Shown: piece by piece, positions 37,601 to 48,354 of the stretch | Layout of the letters: each line of letters starts with the position of its first letter | Position numbering within the stretch: the stretch's first letter is position 1 | Origin: an uncultured virus (IMG/VR IMGVR_UViG_3300046009_005595) | Taxonomy: Duplodnaviria; Heunggongvirae; Uroviricota; Caudoviricetes | Virus record (IMG/VR): IMGVR_UViG_3300046009_005595 | Span: 1-64,000 of that record | DNA length: 64,000 nucleotides | Direction: 5' to 3' (one strand) | Notes under the pieces: generated by a model | Told to the model about the DNA's origin: nothing | Database searches by the model: none | Seen by the model: the letters and a program-made list of their open reading frames with translations, nothing else | Position numbers and translations under genes: made by a program

Positions 37601-40600
37601 GAATATTATGCATCTCTAAATTTATTAGAGCAAAGTGCTACTAATATTCAAATCAGTGATGAATTTGGAAATAACAGATTCAAAAATGGTATTATGACAG
37701 ATGATTTTAGTAGTTATAATATAGCTGATACTACTAATTCAGATTTAGCATGTTCTATCTCACAGGTTAAAAAGAGACTTTTTGCTAGAACTAATGTTCA
37801 GAATTTCCCATTATTTGTTAAGGACTCTCTACTAAGTTTCAGTAGATTGGATGCAACAACATTATCTGGAAAACAATACGCATTACACAATAACAATAAC
37901 ACAACTTATGTTAGTTTACCTTATACAAAAGTTAGTGTTGCTAGACAACCATATGCAACTTCTACTGTAAATATAAATCCATTTATGTTTATTACTAAAG
38001 AAGGTGTTTGTGAACTAAGTCCTCATATGGACAATTGGATTAGTACAACAAAATTACCTGATTTGTTAATTGTAAATCCTAATACCACATTATATTTACA
38101 ATCTAATACTGTTAACTATCTTGCAGATTATCAAACAATATCATCATCTCAAGCTGAAAGTAAAACTTTAGATAAATCTGTATATGCTGTTCCTAGTACT
38201 GCTAGTACTGGGGTTGTTCCAGCAAATATGACTGAGCAACAGATAATTGATTTCATGAATGTTTATGGTGGAGAAAAATATTATACAGTAAATGGGAAGG
38301 ATGTTGAATTATCAGTTGCAAAAACTGCTCCATTAAATTCTCCTTTATCTGCTGCGTATCTATCAACTTTAAGATCTGCTATAAATGTGTTTATTTATAG
38401 AAAATATGCAGTGACTGGGCAATGGTCAGGTATTGGTATTAATGATTTAACAAAAGTAACTACAACCACAACATCAACAACATCAAAAACAGATGTTTGG
38501 GGTATGTGGGAAAGTTTAGGTAATAGTTACCAAACTACAAATGGATACATAACAGATGTATCTATGAATCCTTATATCAGAGCACAACAAATTGAAATAT
38601 CTACTTCTGGTTTATTAGTAAATACTCCTGTTAGTGCGTTTTTTGATAATACTGATGTTACTACTAGATTTAAGCAATCTAATGTTCTTAGAGTTTGGTC
38701 AAATCCAGTAACAGCAAGAGGATTTAAAGTTGGAGATATTATAGCATATTATAATAGTGCTACTACAAGTTTTGTTCCTTTTGCTAAAGTATTAAATCTT
38801 AGTACTAAAACTTCAGTTTCTAATTCTAGTATAATTACAGGTACTAGATTATATCAACAAAATTTAGATTTAGTTTGGGATATAGATGCAACAGTTTATG
38901 TTAAAGATAAATTATTAAATTATGATATCTTTGCTATTTCTTTTAATACATCTGGAGCAGTTACTGGATTGTCAGCAACAGGTGTTTTCATCTCAATAGA
39001 TAAAAAATCTGGAAAATTCTTAGGACAAACAAGTAATACTATTATTATTCCTAATGTTGGAGCAAATACTAGTAATATTATTGGAAAAATATTATATCAA
39101 ATAACAGATAGTTATGAAATTAAATTCCCAATAGTTAATGCGTATGAATCTGGTAACACCATTATCATTACCACAAATGTTAATTTAATGGCTAATACGT
39201 TACAGAATACTGTTTATGATATTAAATCTAATAATTTATCAGGAATGTTGAAAACTGATGAATATGGAAAATTAAGTGGAGTTTTCTATCTACCAGCAGA
39301 TCAATTCCATACAGGAGAAAAATTATTTAGAATTGATAATAGAATTGCAAAGAATATTGGCACAGAAACAACTTTTGCTCAAGGAACATTTTTTGCCACA
39401 AGTTTAAGTACTAAATCTCAGAATTTAGATTTTGCTCCTGATATAAGTTCAGCTAGGAATACTTTAACTAGAACTGAAATTGCTACTAAACAAGTAATAA
39501 CTCAAACTGTTTCTGGTACTGTAACAACAGTAAACTATCATGATCCATTATGTCAAAGTTTCATTTTATATTCTGATGTTACTCCAAATGGAGTATTTGT
39601 AAAATCTTTAAGATTCTTCTTTAAAACAGTACCACAATATGATACTAGCCCTGTTACAGTTTCAATATTAGGCACTACTAATGGATATCCTAATGGAGAT
39701 ACTTTACCATATGCTATTAAAACTTTATCAGTAGATGAAATTAAATATACAGATGCTCCTAATATTGATGATGCATTATCATATACTGAATTTGAATTTG
39801 ATGTTCCTGTTTATATAAAGCCAGATACTATGTATGCTGTTATGGTTAAATCTAATTCTAACGAATATACATTATGGAAAGCTGTATTAGGAGAAACTGC
39901 AATTAGTAGCACAACTCCAGGATTACAAAATATTAGAATTTCATCATCTCCTTATATTGGAAGTTTGTATGAATCTCAAAATGCTATAACATGGACCGCA
40001 AATCAAAATGAAGATTTAATGTTTGATATGATTGGATGTCAATTTGATATAACTAAAAATCCTACTATAGATTTTATAGTACCTGCTGGATTGCCAAAAA
40101 GAAAATTAGTTGATAATTCTTTGGTATATTCTTCAAATTTAACATCTGCTATTGATTCTTCATATTCTGGAATGACTGCAGAAAATGTTTTAGTTAGTTC
40201 ATTCAATGTAACAACAACTGATTTAAGTTTTGATGTAGCTCCTATTTCATATACATATAAAGCAACAAAAGAGTCTACTGGAGCATTGGATTCAGTTCCA
40301 ACTTTAATAACACCAGGAAGATTCGGAACAGCAACACTGAATGATGTTGATTTAGGAGATGGGAATGGTAATAGAATATTATTATCAAGTGCTGCCAATT
40401 CATTTATATTATCGGCTTCTATATCTTCTAGTGATAAATATTTAAGTCCAATTATATCTGAAGCAGGAACTTCACTATATGCTACTCAATATATAATTAA
40501 TAATTTAGAATTTACAAGTTCTAATATTACTATTGCAAATAGTGGAATTGGATATTCTAATAGTTCTATTATATCTGTTAGAAGAACTTCTAACACATCA

Positions 40601-41209
40601 GGAAGTGATACACTTTTAAGTTTAGAAGCAGATGCTAATGGAAAGATTTATAAAATAAATACAATCTTTGTTGGAACTGGATATGCATCTACTCCTGAAA
40701 TTGTTATTACTGATGCTAATAGAGGTGGTAATGCAAATGCAGTATTAACTGTTACCGGAGAAACCTCTTCTATTGGTGGTAATGCAGCTTTAAGATATAT
40801 ATCAAAACCAGTAACTCTACATCCTGGATTTGATGCTGGAGATTTAAGAATATATTTTACTGCATATAGACCAATCAACACAGATGTTTTCATATACTAT
40901 AAAATATTAAATAGAAATGACACACAATTGCTTGTTGATAGTGATTGGCAGTTAATGACATTAATTTCAGGAAGAACTACATATTCTTCTTCTAAAAATG
41001 AATTGATTGAGTATATAGCTGCTCCTGGTATTGATGGTATTCCTAATAACACGGTAACATATACTAGCAAAGCAACTAATAATAGTTATATTTATTTTTA
41101 TCAATTTGCAATTAAGGTAGTTTTAGTATCTAATGATAGTACTATAATTCCTTTCTTAACTGATATTAGAACTATAGCTCTTCCTCCAATGATTCCAACA
41201 GCAGTATAA
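34622..41209 (+). CDS. Large virion structural protein (VrlC / DUF4815-like)
   Basis: PYWDDF...KNFYRVLFKPGYAVQARELTQLQ, APGADR, LRDCIDFR, RLEYY..L.LLE, RFKNG...DDF, DPLCQSF. Confidence 0.85.
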   Translation: MSLNFSNSPYWDDFNTNKNFYRVLFKPGYAVQARELTQLQTIAQSQVTKLGDHIFKNHSVVSGAKCTVNINVNYIKLNDLDPNGFEIIAKDFLNAIINSSDGSVVAKVLNTSEKQIDNLGNLLEPPTLIVSYMSGDNFTSGSSIVVSGSELTATVISEGSIYQPAVGPSSIASITDGVFYINGIFASIQQQTVNINEYSNTPSARIGISIVESIVNSSDDPTLLDPALGSSNFQAPGADRYAINLVLTTKPLTLDQDSNFIELIRIENGVLAKNVVDTQYSVIDDYFAKRSFDTNGDYVSNKFKLTPKANPDTANADSTFIVTVGKGKAYIRGYSVENTGDYNLVVNRARDTASVANKSIYLNYGNHVYCNNVTGFFDFKSYTSVDIHCTPVANTNNTTSQTYSSTIAATAKVRGMQFVFAENYNKANTFVYEMFLTEIQNNVLSDSAANTSANTITFPSYFSDVNNAYVGTYVKIISGENNGDIAQIVSYDGSSRKAYLLGSTNGNFKYLPETNCQFSILFGTKDFESLYNVDDVSKNIKAQIYPTSKVDGLPSGDTILRNAGNQELIYRLENNYIVPDSITGTSYYSWIRYTNQPINVTLSVSGSGVMEFQGGSDGVELSVDKINENFICVVRNPGTGHGLKVGDIFVFQGISSNGIKLAASGGYSGALATITVTGYSDVYVDIFAKVYINNADNTAYIRKSKVLNSANLTSVAISGTQVVPGEVFVDTVNSQVYIANNSFNTASQSLYISDVTKILKIIDTGVDEFGDPRTATSDMIPDPTYDVTRYYTFSNGQGDNFYDHASIKLIPGSPPPVGNILVLLSYYDHTGGDGFFTAGSYTDVRYEDLPSYVGKSSGTLYNLRDCIDFRSRRKNANSEFIIDSNISNPIGIPIDETKFTLQSSYFLGRKDVIVISKDKNISLIQGISDLNPKEPNVPEGAMLLGKLTLEPYTAYLPSDNLFGGASSVSLEYVNHKRWRMEDITTLEDRINRLEYYASLNLLEQSATNIQISDEFGNNRFKNGIMTDDFSSYNIADTTNSDLACSISQVKKRLFARTNVQNFPLFVKDSLLSFSRLDATTLSGKQYALHNNNNTTYVSLPYTKVSVARQPYATSTVNINPFMFITKEGVCELSPHMDNWISTTKLPDLLIVNPNTTLYLQSNTVNYLADYQTISSSQAESKTLDKSVYAVPSTASTGVVPANMTEQQIIDFMNVYGGEKYYTVNGKDVELSVAKTAPLNSPLSAAYLSTLRSAINVFIYRKYAVTGQWSGIGINDLTKVTTTTTSTTSKTDVWGMWESLGNSYQTTNGYITDVSMNPYIRAQQIEISTSGLLVNTPVSAFFDNTDVTTRFKQSNVLRVWSNPVTARGFKVGDIIAYYNSATTSFVPFAKVLNLSTKTSVSNSSIITGTRLYQQNLDLVWDIDATVYVKDKLLNYDIFAISFNTSGAVTGLSATGVFISIDKKSGKFLGQTSNTIIIPNVGANTSNIIGKILYQITDSYEIKFPIVNAYESGNTIIITTNVNLMANTLQNTVYDIKSNNLSGMLKTDEYGKLSGVFYLPADQFHTGEKLFRIDNRIAKNIGTETTFAQGTFFATSLSTKSQNLDFAPDISSARNTLTRTEIATKQVITQTVSGTVTTVNYHDPLCQSFILYSDVTPNGVFVKSLRFFFKTVPQYDTSPVTVSILGTTNGYPNGDTLPYAIKTLSVDEIKYTDAPNIDDALSYTEFEFDVPVYIKPDTMYAVMVKSNSNEYTLWKAVLGETAISSTTPGLQNIRISSSPYIGSLYESQNAITWTANQNEDLMFDMIGCQFDITKNPTIDFIVPAGLPKRKLVDNSLVYSSNLTSAIDSSYSGMTAENVLVSSFNVTTTDLSFDVAPISYTYKATKESTGALDSVPTLITPGRFGTATLNDVDLGDGNGNRILLSSAANSFILSASISSSDKYLSPIISEAGTSLYATQYIINNLEFTSSNITIANSGIGYSNSSIISVRRTSNTSGSDTLLSLEADANGKIYKINTIFVGTGYASTPEIVITDANRGGNANAVLTVTGETSSIGGNAALRYISKPVTLHPGFDAGDLRIYFTAYRPINTDVFIYYKILNRNDTQLLVDSDWQLMTLISGRTTYSSSKNELIEYIAAPGIDGIPNNTVTYTSKATNNSYIYFYQFAIKVVLVSNDSTIIPFLTDIRTIALPPMIPTAV

Positions 41210-41212
41210 GTT

Positions 41213-41437
41213 ATGACAAAAGTAAAAGTTGAAGGTACTTGTTTTGTAAGAGACATTGAAAATATGTCTCTTATAAATAATAACAAAGGTGAATTAGAAC
41301 AATATAATTTAAAAAGAAATATTCACCTAAAACAAAGTCAAGAAATAAAAGATATAAAAAGTGAGGTATCTTCTATGAAAGAAGATATCTCTCAAATAAA
41401 AGAATTATTAATAAAAATGTTAGACAATAAAGGGTAA
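41213..41437 (+). CDS. Small coiled-coil protein following the VrlC-like gene
   Basis: KVEG...VRD; C-terminal EIKDIKSEV...IKELL. Confidence 0.7.
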   Translation: MTKVKVEGTCFVRDIENMSLINNNKGELEQYNLKRNIHLKQSQEIKDIKSEVSSMKEDISQIKELLIKMLDNKG

Positions 41438-41441
41438 ATAA

Positions 41442-44400
41442 ATGCCAATCGCACAAATATCTTTAGCCAATACTTTCTCAGAATTTCTTGGAGCTACAGT
41501 AAGTTTAATTACTCAGTCTAATGTTTTAGAAACAGGAGACTATCATAAAACTTCTAATACATTATACTTAGATTCATCTGGTACTGCTCTTTCAGTAGCA
41601 AATAATGCTGCATTCAATGGACAAGTAAATTTCAATGCCTTGGGAACGTCGATAATAATAAATAACGACGCTTTTATTGGAGGAAATATAAATGTATCCA
41701 AACAACTAATCTCTACTATTCCTTATGGAACAGCACCATTTGAAATAACTTCAAATACATTAGTTTATAATTTAAATACTCAATTTTTAAATGGAATTGA
41801 TAGTAATTATTATTTAGAATATACTGCATTTTCGTTTAGGCAAGCTAATGTTGCGTATAATATGACTAACAATGCCTTTATACAGGCTAATGTTGCATAT
41901 AATATGACTAACAATGCCTTTATACAGGCTAATGTTGCATACAATATGTCTAATAGTGCATTTAGACAAGCTAATGTTGCATATAATATGACTAACAATG
42001 CCTTTATACAGGCTAATGTTGCATACAATATGTCTAATAGTGCATTTAGACAAGCTAATGTTGCATATAATATGTCTAATAATGCATTCATGAAAGCTAA
42101 CTCTGCTGGAAACGATGCAGTAAATGCATTCATTCAAGCTAATGTTGCATACAATATGTCTAATAGTGCATTTAGACAAGCTAATGTTGCATACAACATG
42201 TCTAATAATGCATTTATGAAAGCTAACTCTGCTGGAAACGATGCAGTTAACGCATTCATTCAGGCTAATGTTTCATATAATATGTCTAATAGTGCATTTA
42301 GACAAGCTAATGTTGCATACAATATGTCTAATAGCGCATTCGTTCAAGCTAATGTTGCATATAATATGACTAACAATGCATTCATTCAAGCTAATGTTGC
42401 ATATAATATGTCTAATAATGCATTTATGAAAGCTAACTCTGCTGGTAATGATGCAGTTAATGCATTCATTCAAGCTAATGTTGCATATAATATGACTAAC
42501 AATGCATTCATTCAAGCTAATGTTGCATATAATATGTCTAATAATGCATTTATGAAAGCTAACTCTGCTGGAAACGATGCTGTCAATGCATTCATTCAAG
42601 CTAATGTTGCATATAATATGTCTAATAGTGCATTTATTCAAGCTAATGTTGCATATAATATGTCTAATAATGCATTTATGAAAGCTAACTCTGCTGGAAA
42701 CGATGCTGTCAATGCATTTAGACAGGCTAATATTGCTTATAATATGACCAATAATGCATTTGTTCAAGCTAATGTTGCATATTTAAAAGCTAACTCTGCT
42801 GGAAACGATGCTATCAATGCATTTGTTCAAGCTAATGTTGCTTATAATATGACCAATAATGCCTTTATACAGGCTAATGTTGCATACAACATGTCTAATA
42901 GTGCATTTTTACAGGCTAATGTTGCATATAATATGACTAACAATGCATTTATACAGGCTAATGTTGCATACAACATGTCTAATAATGCATTTATGAAAGC
43001 TAACTCTGCTGGAAATGATGCTGTTAACGCATTCAGACAGGCTAATGTTGCGTATAACATGTCTAATAGTGCATTTATGAAAGCTAACTCTGCTGGAAAT
43101 GATGCAGTTAATGCTTTCATTCAAGCTAATGTTGCATATAACATGTCTAATAGTGCATTTATACAGGCTAATGTTGCATATAATATGTCTAATAGTGCAT
43201 TTATTCAAGCTAATGTTGCATACAATATGTCTAATAGTGCATTTATGAAAGCAAATTCTGCTGGGAACGATGCTGTAAATGCGTTCATTCAAGCTAATAC
43301 TGCATATTTAAAAGCTAATTCTGCTGGGAACGATGCTGTTAATGCATTTGTTCAAGCTAATGTTGCATACAATATGTCTAATAGTGCATTTATGAAAGCT
43401 AACTCTGCTGGAAATGATTCTGTTAATGTCTTTATACAGGCTAATGTTGCATACAACATGTCTAATAGTGCATTTTTACAGGCTAATGTTGCATATAATA
43501 TGTCTAATAATGCATTTTTACAGGCTAATGTTGCATATAATATGTCTAATAATGCATTTATGAAAGCTAACTCTGCTGGAAACGATGCTGTTAACGCATT
43601 CATTAGAGCTAATACTGCATACAGTACAGCTAACATTGGTGTTAATAATTCACTATCAGCATTTATACAAGCTAACACTGCGTATAATACAGCTAACATT
43701 GGTGTTAATAATTCACTATCAGCATTTATACAAGCTAATACAGCTTATACTACAGCTAATACTGGAATATTATATTCTCAAGCTGCATTTTTCCAAGCAA
43801 ATAATGTTTCATCTGCTTGGGATGTTGCTAATGCTGCATTCATAGCAGCAAATTCGAATTCAGCTTTTATATATGCCGTAGCTACATTTAACAAAGCTAA
43901 CTCTGCTGGAAATGATGCAGTTAATGCATTTAACAAAGCTAACTCTGCTGGAAATGATGCAGTTAATGCATTTAACAAAGCTAACTCTGCTGGAAATGAT
44001 GCTGTCAATGCATTCATAAAAGCTAATACATCTTATAATACAGCTAACGTTGGTGTTAATAACTCATTATCAGCATTTATACAATCTAATACATCTTATA
44101 ATACAGCTAACGTTGGTGTTAATAACTCATTATCAGCATTTAACAAAGCTAACTCTGCTGGAAATGATGCTGTCAATGCATTCATAAAAGCTAACACTGC
44201 ATACAGTACAGCTAACATTGGTGTTAATAACTCATTATCAGCATTTAACAAAGCTAACTCTGCTGGAAATGATGCAGTTAATGCATTTAACAAAGCTAAC
44301 TCTGCTGGAAATGATGCAGTTAATGCATTTAACAAAGCTAACTCTGCTGGAAATGATGCTGTCAATGCATTCATAAAAGCTAACACTGCATACAGTACAG

Positions 44401-46481
44401 CTAACATTGGTGTTAATAATTCACTATCAGCATTTATACAAGCTAATACATCTTATAATACAGCTAACATTGGTGTTAATAATTCACTATCAGCATTTAT
44501 ACAAGCTAATACATCTTATAATACAGCTAACATTGGTGTTAATAACTCATTATCAGCATTTAACAAAGCTAACTCTGCTGGAAATGATGCTGTCAATGCA
44601 TTTAACAAAGCTAACTCTGCTGGAAATGATGCTGTCAATGCATTCATAAAAGCTAACACTGCATACAGTACAGCTAACATTGGTGTTAATAATTCACTAT
44701 CAGCATTTATACAAGCTAATACTGCATTAAATAATGCATTAGGTGCATTTACACAAGCTAATACCGCATTAAATAATGCATTAGGTGCATTTAATAAAGC
44801 AAACTCTGCTGGTAATGATGCAGTAAATGCCTTTATAAAAGCTAATACAGTAACTAACTATTTACCTCTTTCTGGAGGAAATCTTTCTGGTCAATTAGGT
44901 TCTACAGTAGCTACTGGAACTGCTCCATTCTCAATAGCTTCTACGACATTAGTTACAAACCTTAATGCAGATTTACTTGATGGTATTAGTAGTGGTAGTT
45001 TCTTAAGAAGTGATGCAACTACAACATATAGTGGTGGGATATTAAAAATAAACACACCAGCAGGATTTTCTGGGAACAATATAGGAGAGGTTAATACGCT
45101 TCAATGTTATCAAGCAACTATAGGCACAGATGCTTTCATGACATTCCATATTGCAGGAGATTATGCAGCCCACTTTGGATTAGATGGAATTACTAATGAT
45201 TTGTTTTTCGGTGGTTGGACTGCTGGAGCAAATAAATATAAAATTTGGCATTCGGGAAATGATGGTGTTGGATCAGGATTAGATGCTGATTTACTTGATG
45301 GACAAAGTGGTGCTTATTACACTTCATTAACTGATTCAGCATTTAACAAAGCTAATTCTGCTGGTAATGATGCTATTAATGCATTTAGTAGAGCTAATAC
45401 CTCATTAAATAATGTGTTAGGTGCATTCACTCAAGCTAATACCTCATTAAATAATGTGTTAGGTGCATTCACTCAAGCTAATACTGCATATAATACAGCT
45501 AATACTGGTGTTAATAATTCTTTATCTGGATTTATACAAGCTAATACCTCATTAAATAATGCGTTAGGAGCATTTAACAAAGCAAACTCTGCTGGTAATG
45601 ATGCTGTCAATGCATTTAGTAGAGCTAATACCTCATTAAATAATGCGTTAGGAGCATTTAATCAGGCTAATACCTCATTAAATAATGTGTTAGGTGCATT
45701 CACTCAAGCTAATACTGCATATAATACAGCTAATACTGGTGTTAATAATTCTTTATCTGGATTTATACAAGCTAATACAGCATTAAATAATGCATTAGGT
45801 GCGTTTAACAAAGCAAACTCTGCTGGTAATGATGCTGTCAATGCATTTAGTAGAGCTAATACAGCATATAATACAGCTAATACTGGTGTTAATAATTCTT
45901 TATCTGGATTTATACAAGCTAATACAGCATTAAATAATGCATTAGGGGCATTTAATAAAGCAAACTCTTCTGGTAATGATGCTGTCAATGCATTTAGTAG
46001 AGCTAATACAGCATTAAATAATGCATTAGGGGCATTTAATAAAGCTAATACTGGAGGAGCTATTTTAATAGATGATGCTTCTACAAATAACAACAGACCT
46101 TTAGTTTTCACTAGTAATACAGATGGACAAGTATTTAATTCTGTTTTTATAAACTCAACAGAACTATATACAAATCCTAGTACAGGAACTTTGTATGCTA
46201 CTATATTTTCTTCTCTATCAGATGAATCTCAAAAAGATAATATAACCAAAATAGCTAACTCAACAATTTTGATAAATAGTATTAATCCTGTTTCATTTAA
46301 TTGGAAAAAGACAGGAAAAAAATCATATGGTGTTATTGCTCAAGAGATTGAAAAAATACTACCTGATATAGTTCATGAAAACGATGGTATAAAATCTGTA
46401 GAGTATGATTCTTTGATAGCGTTCTTAATTGGAGCAGTAAAAGAAATGTCTGATAGATTGGACAAATTGGAGAACAAATAA
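41442..46481 (+). CDS. Tail fibre-like protein with Ala/Asn-rich repeats and C-terminal intramolecular chaperone (peptidase S74-like)
   Basis: 14-aa repeats; NLNADLLDG and KIWHSGNDG.GSGLDADLLDG fibre motifs; SD...K.NI...PVSF.WK...GVIAQEIE. Confidence 0.85.
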   Translation: MPIAQISLANTFSEFLGATVSLITQSNVLETGDYHKTSNTLYLDSSGTALSVANNAAFNGQVNFNALGTSIIINNDAFIGGNINVSKQLISTIPYGTAPFEITSNTLVYNLNTQFLNGIDSNYYLEYTAFSFRQANVAYNMTNNAFIQANVAYNMTNNAFIQANVAYNMSNSAFRQANVAYNMTNNAFIQANVAYNMSNSAFRQANVAYNMSNNAFMKANSAGNDAVNAFIQANVAYNMSNSAFRQANVAYNMSNNAFMKANSAGNDAVNAFIQANVSYNMSNSAFRQANVAYNMSNSAFVQANVAYNMTNNAFIQANVAYNMSNNAFMKANSAGNDAVNAFIQANVAYNMTNNAFIQANVAYNMSNNAFMKANSAGNDAVNAFIQANVAYNMSNSAFIQANVAYNMSNNAFMKANSAGNDAVNAFRQANIAYNMTNNAFVQANVAYLKANSAGNDAINAFVQANVAYNMTNNAFIQANVAYNMSNSAFLQANVAYNMTNNAFIQANVAYNMSNNAFMKANSAGNDAVNAFRQANVAYNMSNSAFMKANSAGNDAVNAFIQANVAYNMSNSAFIQANVAYNMSNSAFIQANVAYNMSNSAFMKANSAGNDAVNAFIQANTAYLKANSAGNDAVNAFVQANVAYNMSNSAFMKANSAGNDSVNVFIQANVAYNMSNSAFLQANVAYNMSNNAFLQANVAYNMSNNAFMKANSAGNDAVNAFIRANTAYSTANIGVNNSLSAFIQANTAYNTANIGVNNSLSAFIQANTAYTTANTGILYSQAAFFQANNVSSAWDVANAAFIAANSNSAFIYAVATFNKANSAGNDAVNAFNKANSAGNDAVNAFNKANSAGNDAVNAFIKANTSYNTANVGVNNSLSAFIQSNTSYNTANVGVNNSLSAFNKANSAGNDAVNAFIKANTAYSTANIGVNNSLSAFNKANSAGNDAVNAFNKANSAGNDAVNAFNKANSAGNDAVNAFIKANTAYSTANIGVNNSLSAFIQANTSYNTANIGVNNSLSAFIQANTSYNTANIGVNNSLSAFNKANSAGNDAVNAFNKANSAGNDAVNAFIKANTAYSTANIGVNNSLSAFIQANTALNNALGAFTQANTALNNALGAFNKANSAGNDAVNAFIKANTVTNYLPLSGGNLSGQLGSTVATGTAPFSIASTTLVTNLNADLLDGISSGSFLRSDATTTYSGGILKINTPAGFSGNNIGEVNTLQCYQATIGTDAFMTFHIAGDYAAHFGLDGITNDLFFGGWTAGANKYKIWHSGNDGVGSGLDADLLDGQSGAYYTSLTDSAFNKANSAGNDAINAFSRANTSLNNVLGAFTQANTSLNNVLGAFTQANTAYNTANTGVNNSLSGFIQANTSLNNALGAFNKANSAGNDAVNAFSRANTSLNNALGAFNQANTSLNNVLGAFTQANTAYNTANTGVNNSLSGFIQANTALNNALGAFNKANSAGNDAVNAFSRANTAYNTANTGVNNSLSGFIQANTALNNALGAFNKANSSGNDAVNAFSRANTALNNALGAFNKANTGGAILIDDASTNNNRPLVFTSNTDGQVFNSVFINSTELYTNPSTGTLYATIFSSLSDESQKDNITKIANSTILINSINPVSFNWKKTGKKSYGVIAQEIEKILPDIVHENDGIKSVEYDSLIAFLIGAVKEMSDRLDKLENK
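41830..46050 (+). repeat. Degenerate 42-bp (14-aa) coding repeat arrays
   Basis: Units AFIQANVAYNMSNS and AFNKANSAGNDAVN, interrupted by a unique block at about 44845-45335; boundaries approximate. Confidence 0.9.
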
Positions 46482-47656
46482 TGTCTGGTTTTAATTCTTC
46501 CATGACTGGAGATTTTGACAAATATTTTATGACAACAACAGATCTTATTGATAGATATGCTATTGGAGGTCTATGGACTTGGGGATCTAATAATAATGGT
46601 CAATTAGGAGATAATTCAACATCTCGTAAAAGTTCTCCAGTCCAAACCGTATCAGCAGGAACTAATTGGAAACAAGTTTCTGCTGGTTTGGAGCATACTG
46701 TTTCTATAAAGACAGATGGTACTTTATGGACTTTTGGATATAATTTTGTTGGTCAATTAGGAGATAACACATCAACAAAGAGAAGTTCTCCAGTCCAAAC
46801 CGTATCAGCAGGAACTAATTGGAAACAAGTATCTGCTCGTTTGTATCAAACAGCATCCATAAAGACTGATGGGACTTTATGGCTTTGGGGAAGTAATTTT
46901 CATGGTGGATTAGGAGATAATACAAGAACTGATAGACTTTCTCCAGTTCAAACTATATCATTTGGAACTAATTGGAAACAAGTTTCTGCTGGAGTATATT
47001 ATACAGCAGCAATAAAAACTGATGGGACTTTATGGCTTTGGGGATTGAATGATAATGGTCAATTAGGAGATAATTCAGTATCAAATAAAAGTTCTCCAGT
47101 TCAAACTATATCATTTGGAACTAATTGGAAACAAGTAGTTTGCGGATCGAGTCATACAGCAGCAATAAAAACTGATGGGACTTTATGGCTTTGGGGAGAT
47201 AATTTATACGGTCAATTAGGAGATAACTCAATATCAGATAAAAGTTCTCCAGTTCAAACTATATCTTTTGGAACTAATTGGAAACAAGTAGTTTGTGGAT
47301 CTACATACACAGCAGCAATAAAGACTGATGGGACTTTATGGCTTTGGGGTAGAGATAATTATGGTCAATTAGGTGATAATTCAGTATCAAATAAAAGTTC
47401 TCCAGTACAAACTATATCAGCTGGAACTAATTGGAAACAAGTATCTTCTGGAGCAGGACATACAGCAGCAATAAAAACAGATGGAACTTTATGGTTGTGG
47501 GGGCTTAATGGATTTGGTCAATTAGGAGATAATTCAATATCAAATAAAAGTTCTCCAGTCCAAACTGTATCAGCAGGAAGTAATTGGAAACAAGTATATT
47601 GTGGGGATAATCACACTACAGCAGTTCAATATTCAGACATAGGACAGGTATTATAA
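46481..47656 (+). CDS. RCC1-repeat beta-propeller protein
   Basis: About seven repeats of KTDGTLWxWGxNxxGQLGDN...SSPVQT...TNWKQV. Confidence 0.92.
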   Translation: MSGFNSSMTGDFDKYFMTTTDLIDRYAIGGLWTWGSNNNGQLGDNSTSRKSSPVQTVSAGTNWKQVSAGLEHTVSIKTDGTLWTFGYNFVGQLGDNTSTKRSSPVQTVSAGTNWKQVSARLYQTASIKTDGTLWLWGSNFHGGLGDNTRTDRLSPVQTISFGTNWKQVSAGVYYTAAIKTDGTLWLWGLNDNGQLGDNSVSNKSSPVQTISFGTNWKQVVCGSSHTAAIKTDGTLWLWGDNLYGQLGDNSISDKSSPVQTISFGTNWKQVVCGSTYTAAIKTDGTLWLWGRDNYGQLGDNSVSNKSSPVQTISAGTNWKQVSSGAGHTAAIKTDGTLWLWGLNGFGQLGDNSISNKSSPVQTVSAGSNWKQVYCGDNHTTAVQYSDIGQVL

Positions 47657-47658
47657 AA

Positions 47659-48342
47659 ATGGCATATTTAATAGTAGAAAAATTAGAAGATGGTACAAAT
47701 TTAGTTCATCTTGGTCCTATGAATTGGAGACCAACATTCTTTCAAAGTTGTTTAAGAGATGATCTAGAAATAAATTTCAATGTTCCTCTTTCAAACGATT
47801 CTGGGGAAGTTGTTATAGTTTCTGATACAGTTAAAATTATTCCAGTAAGAGATATAGGACTAACTTCAGAATGTAATCAAAAAATTCAAAATATTGTTGG
47901 TCCTTATTATAACTTCTTTGATACATACGCTGAAATGTATCATAATGTACAAAATAAATCTGTAGAAGTAGTTAAATCGGAACTAAAACCTATAATAGCA
48001 GCTAATCGTTACAAATACGAAGTTATGGGTGTTTCTGCTACAATCCAAAATAAAGAAGTTAATCTATTAACAAACAGAGAAGATAGAGCTTTATATTTAC
48101 AGGCATATCAATTAGGAAAAGATAATATAAATTGGAAATTTGGATCTGAATTCTTATCTTTATCTAATTCAGATTTAGGCTTAATTGTTCAGGCCGTAAC
48201 TACTCACATACAATCAGCATTTGATTGGGAAGCTAGTAAATATCAAGAAATTGAGTCAAAACAAACTTTAGAAGAATTAGACTCTGTTAAATTAATATCT
48301 GATAATCCTATATGGGAACCACCAACTCCAGAAATAATTTAA
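47659..48342 (+). CDS. DUF4376-like tail-associated protein
   Basis: R..YEV.G, WKF, L...DL......V..HIQ.AFDWE. Confidence 0.6.
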   Translation: MAYLIVEKLEDGTNLVHLGPMNWRPTFFQSCLRDDLEINFNVPLSNDSGEVVIVSDTVKIIPVRDIGLTSECNQKIQNIVGPYYNFFDTYAEMYHNVQNKSVEVVKSELKPIIAANRYKYEVMGVSATIQNKEVNLLTNREDRALYLQAYQLGKDNINWKFGSEFLSLSNSDLGLIVQAVTTHIQSAFDWEASKYQEIESKQTLEELDSVKLISDNPIWEPPTPEII

Positions 48343-48354
48343 TTGAGATAAAAA

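Noticed and set aside
41830..46050. Possible CRISPR array
   Set aside because: Repeats are in-frame, vary at synonymous positions and lack unique spacers
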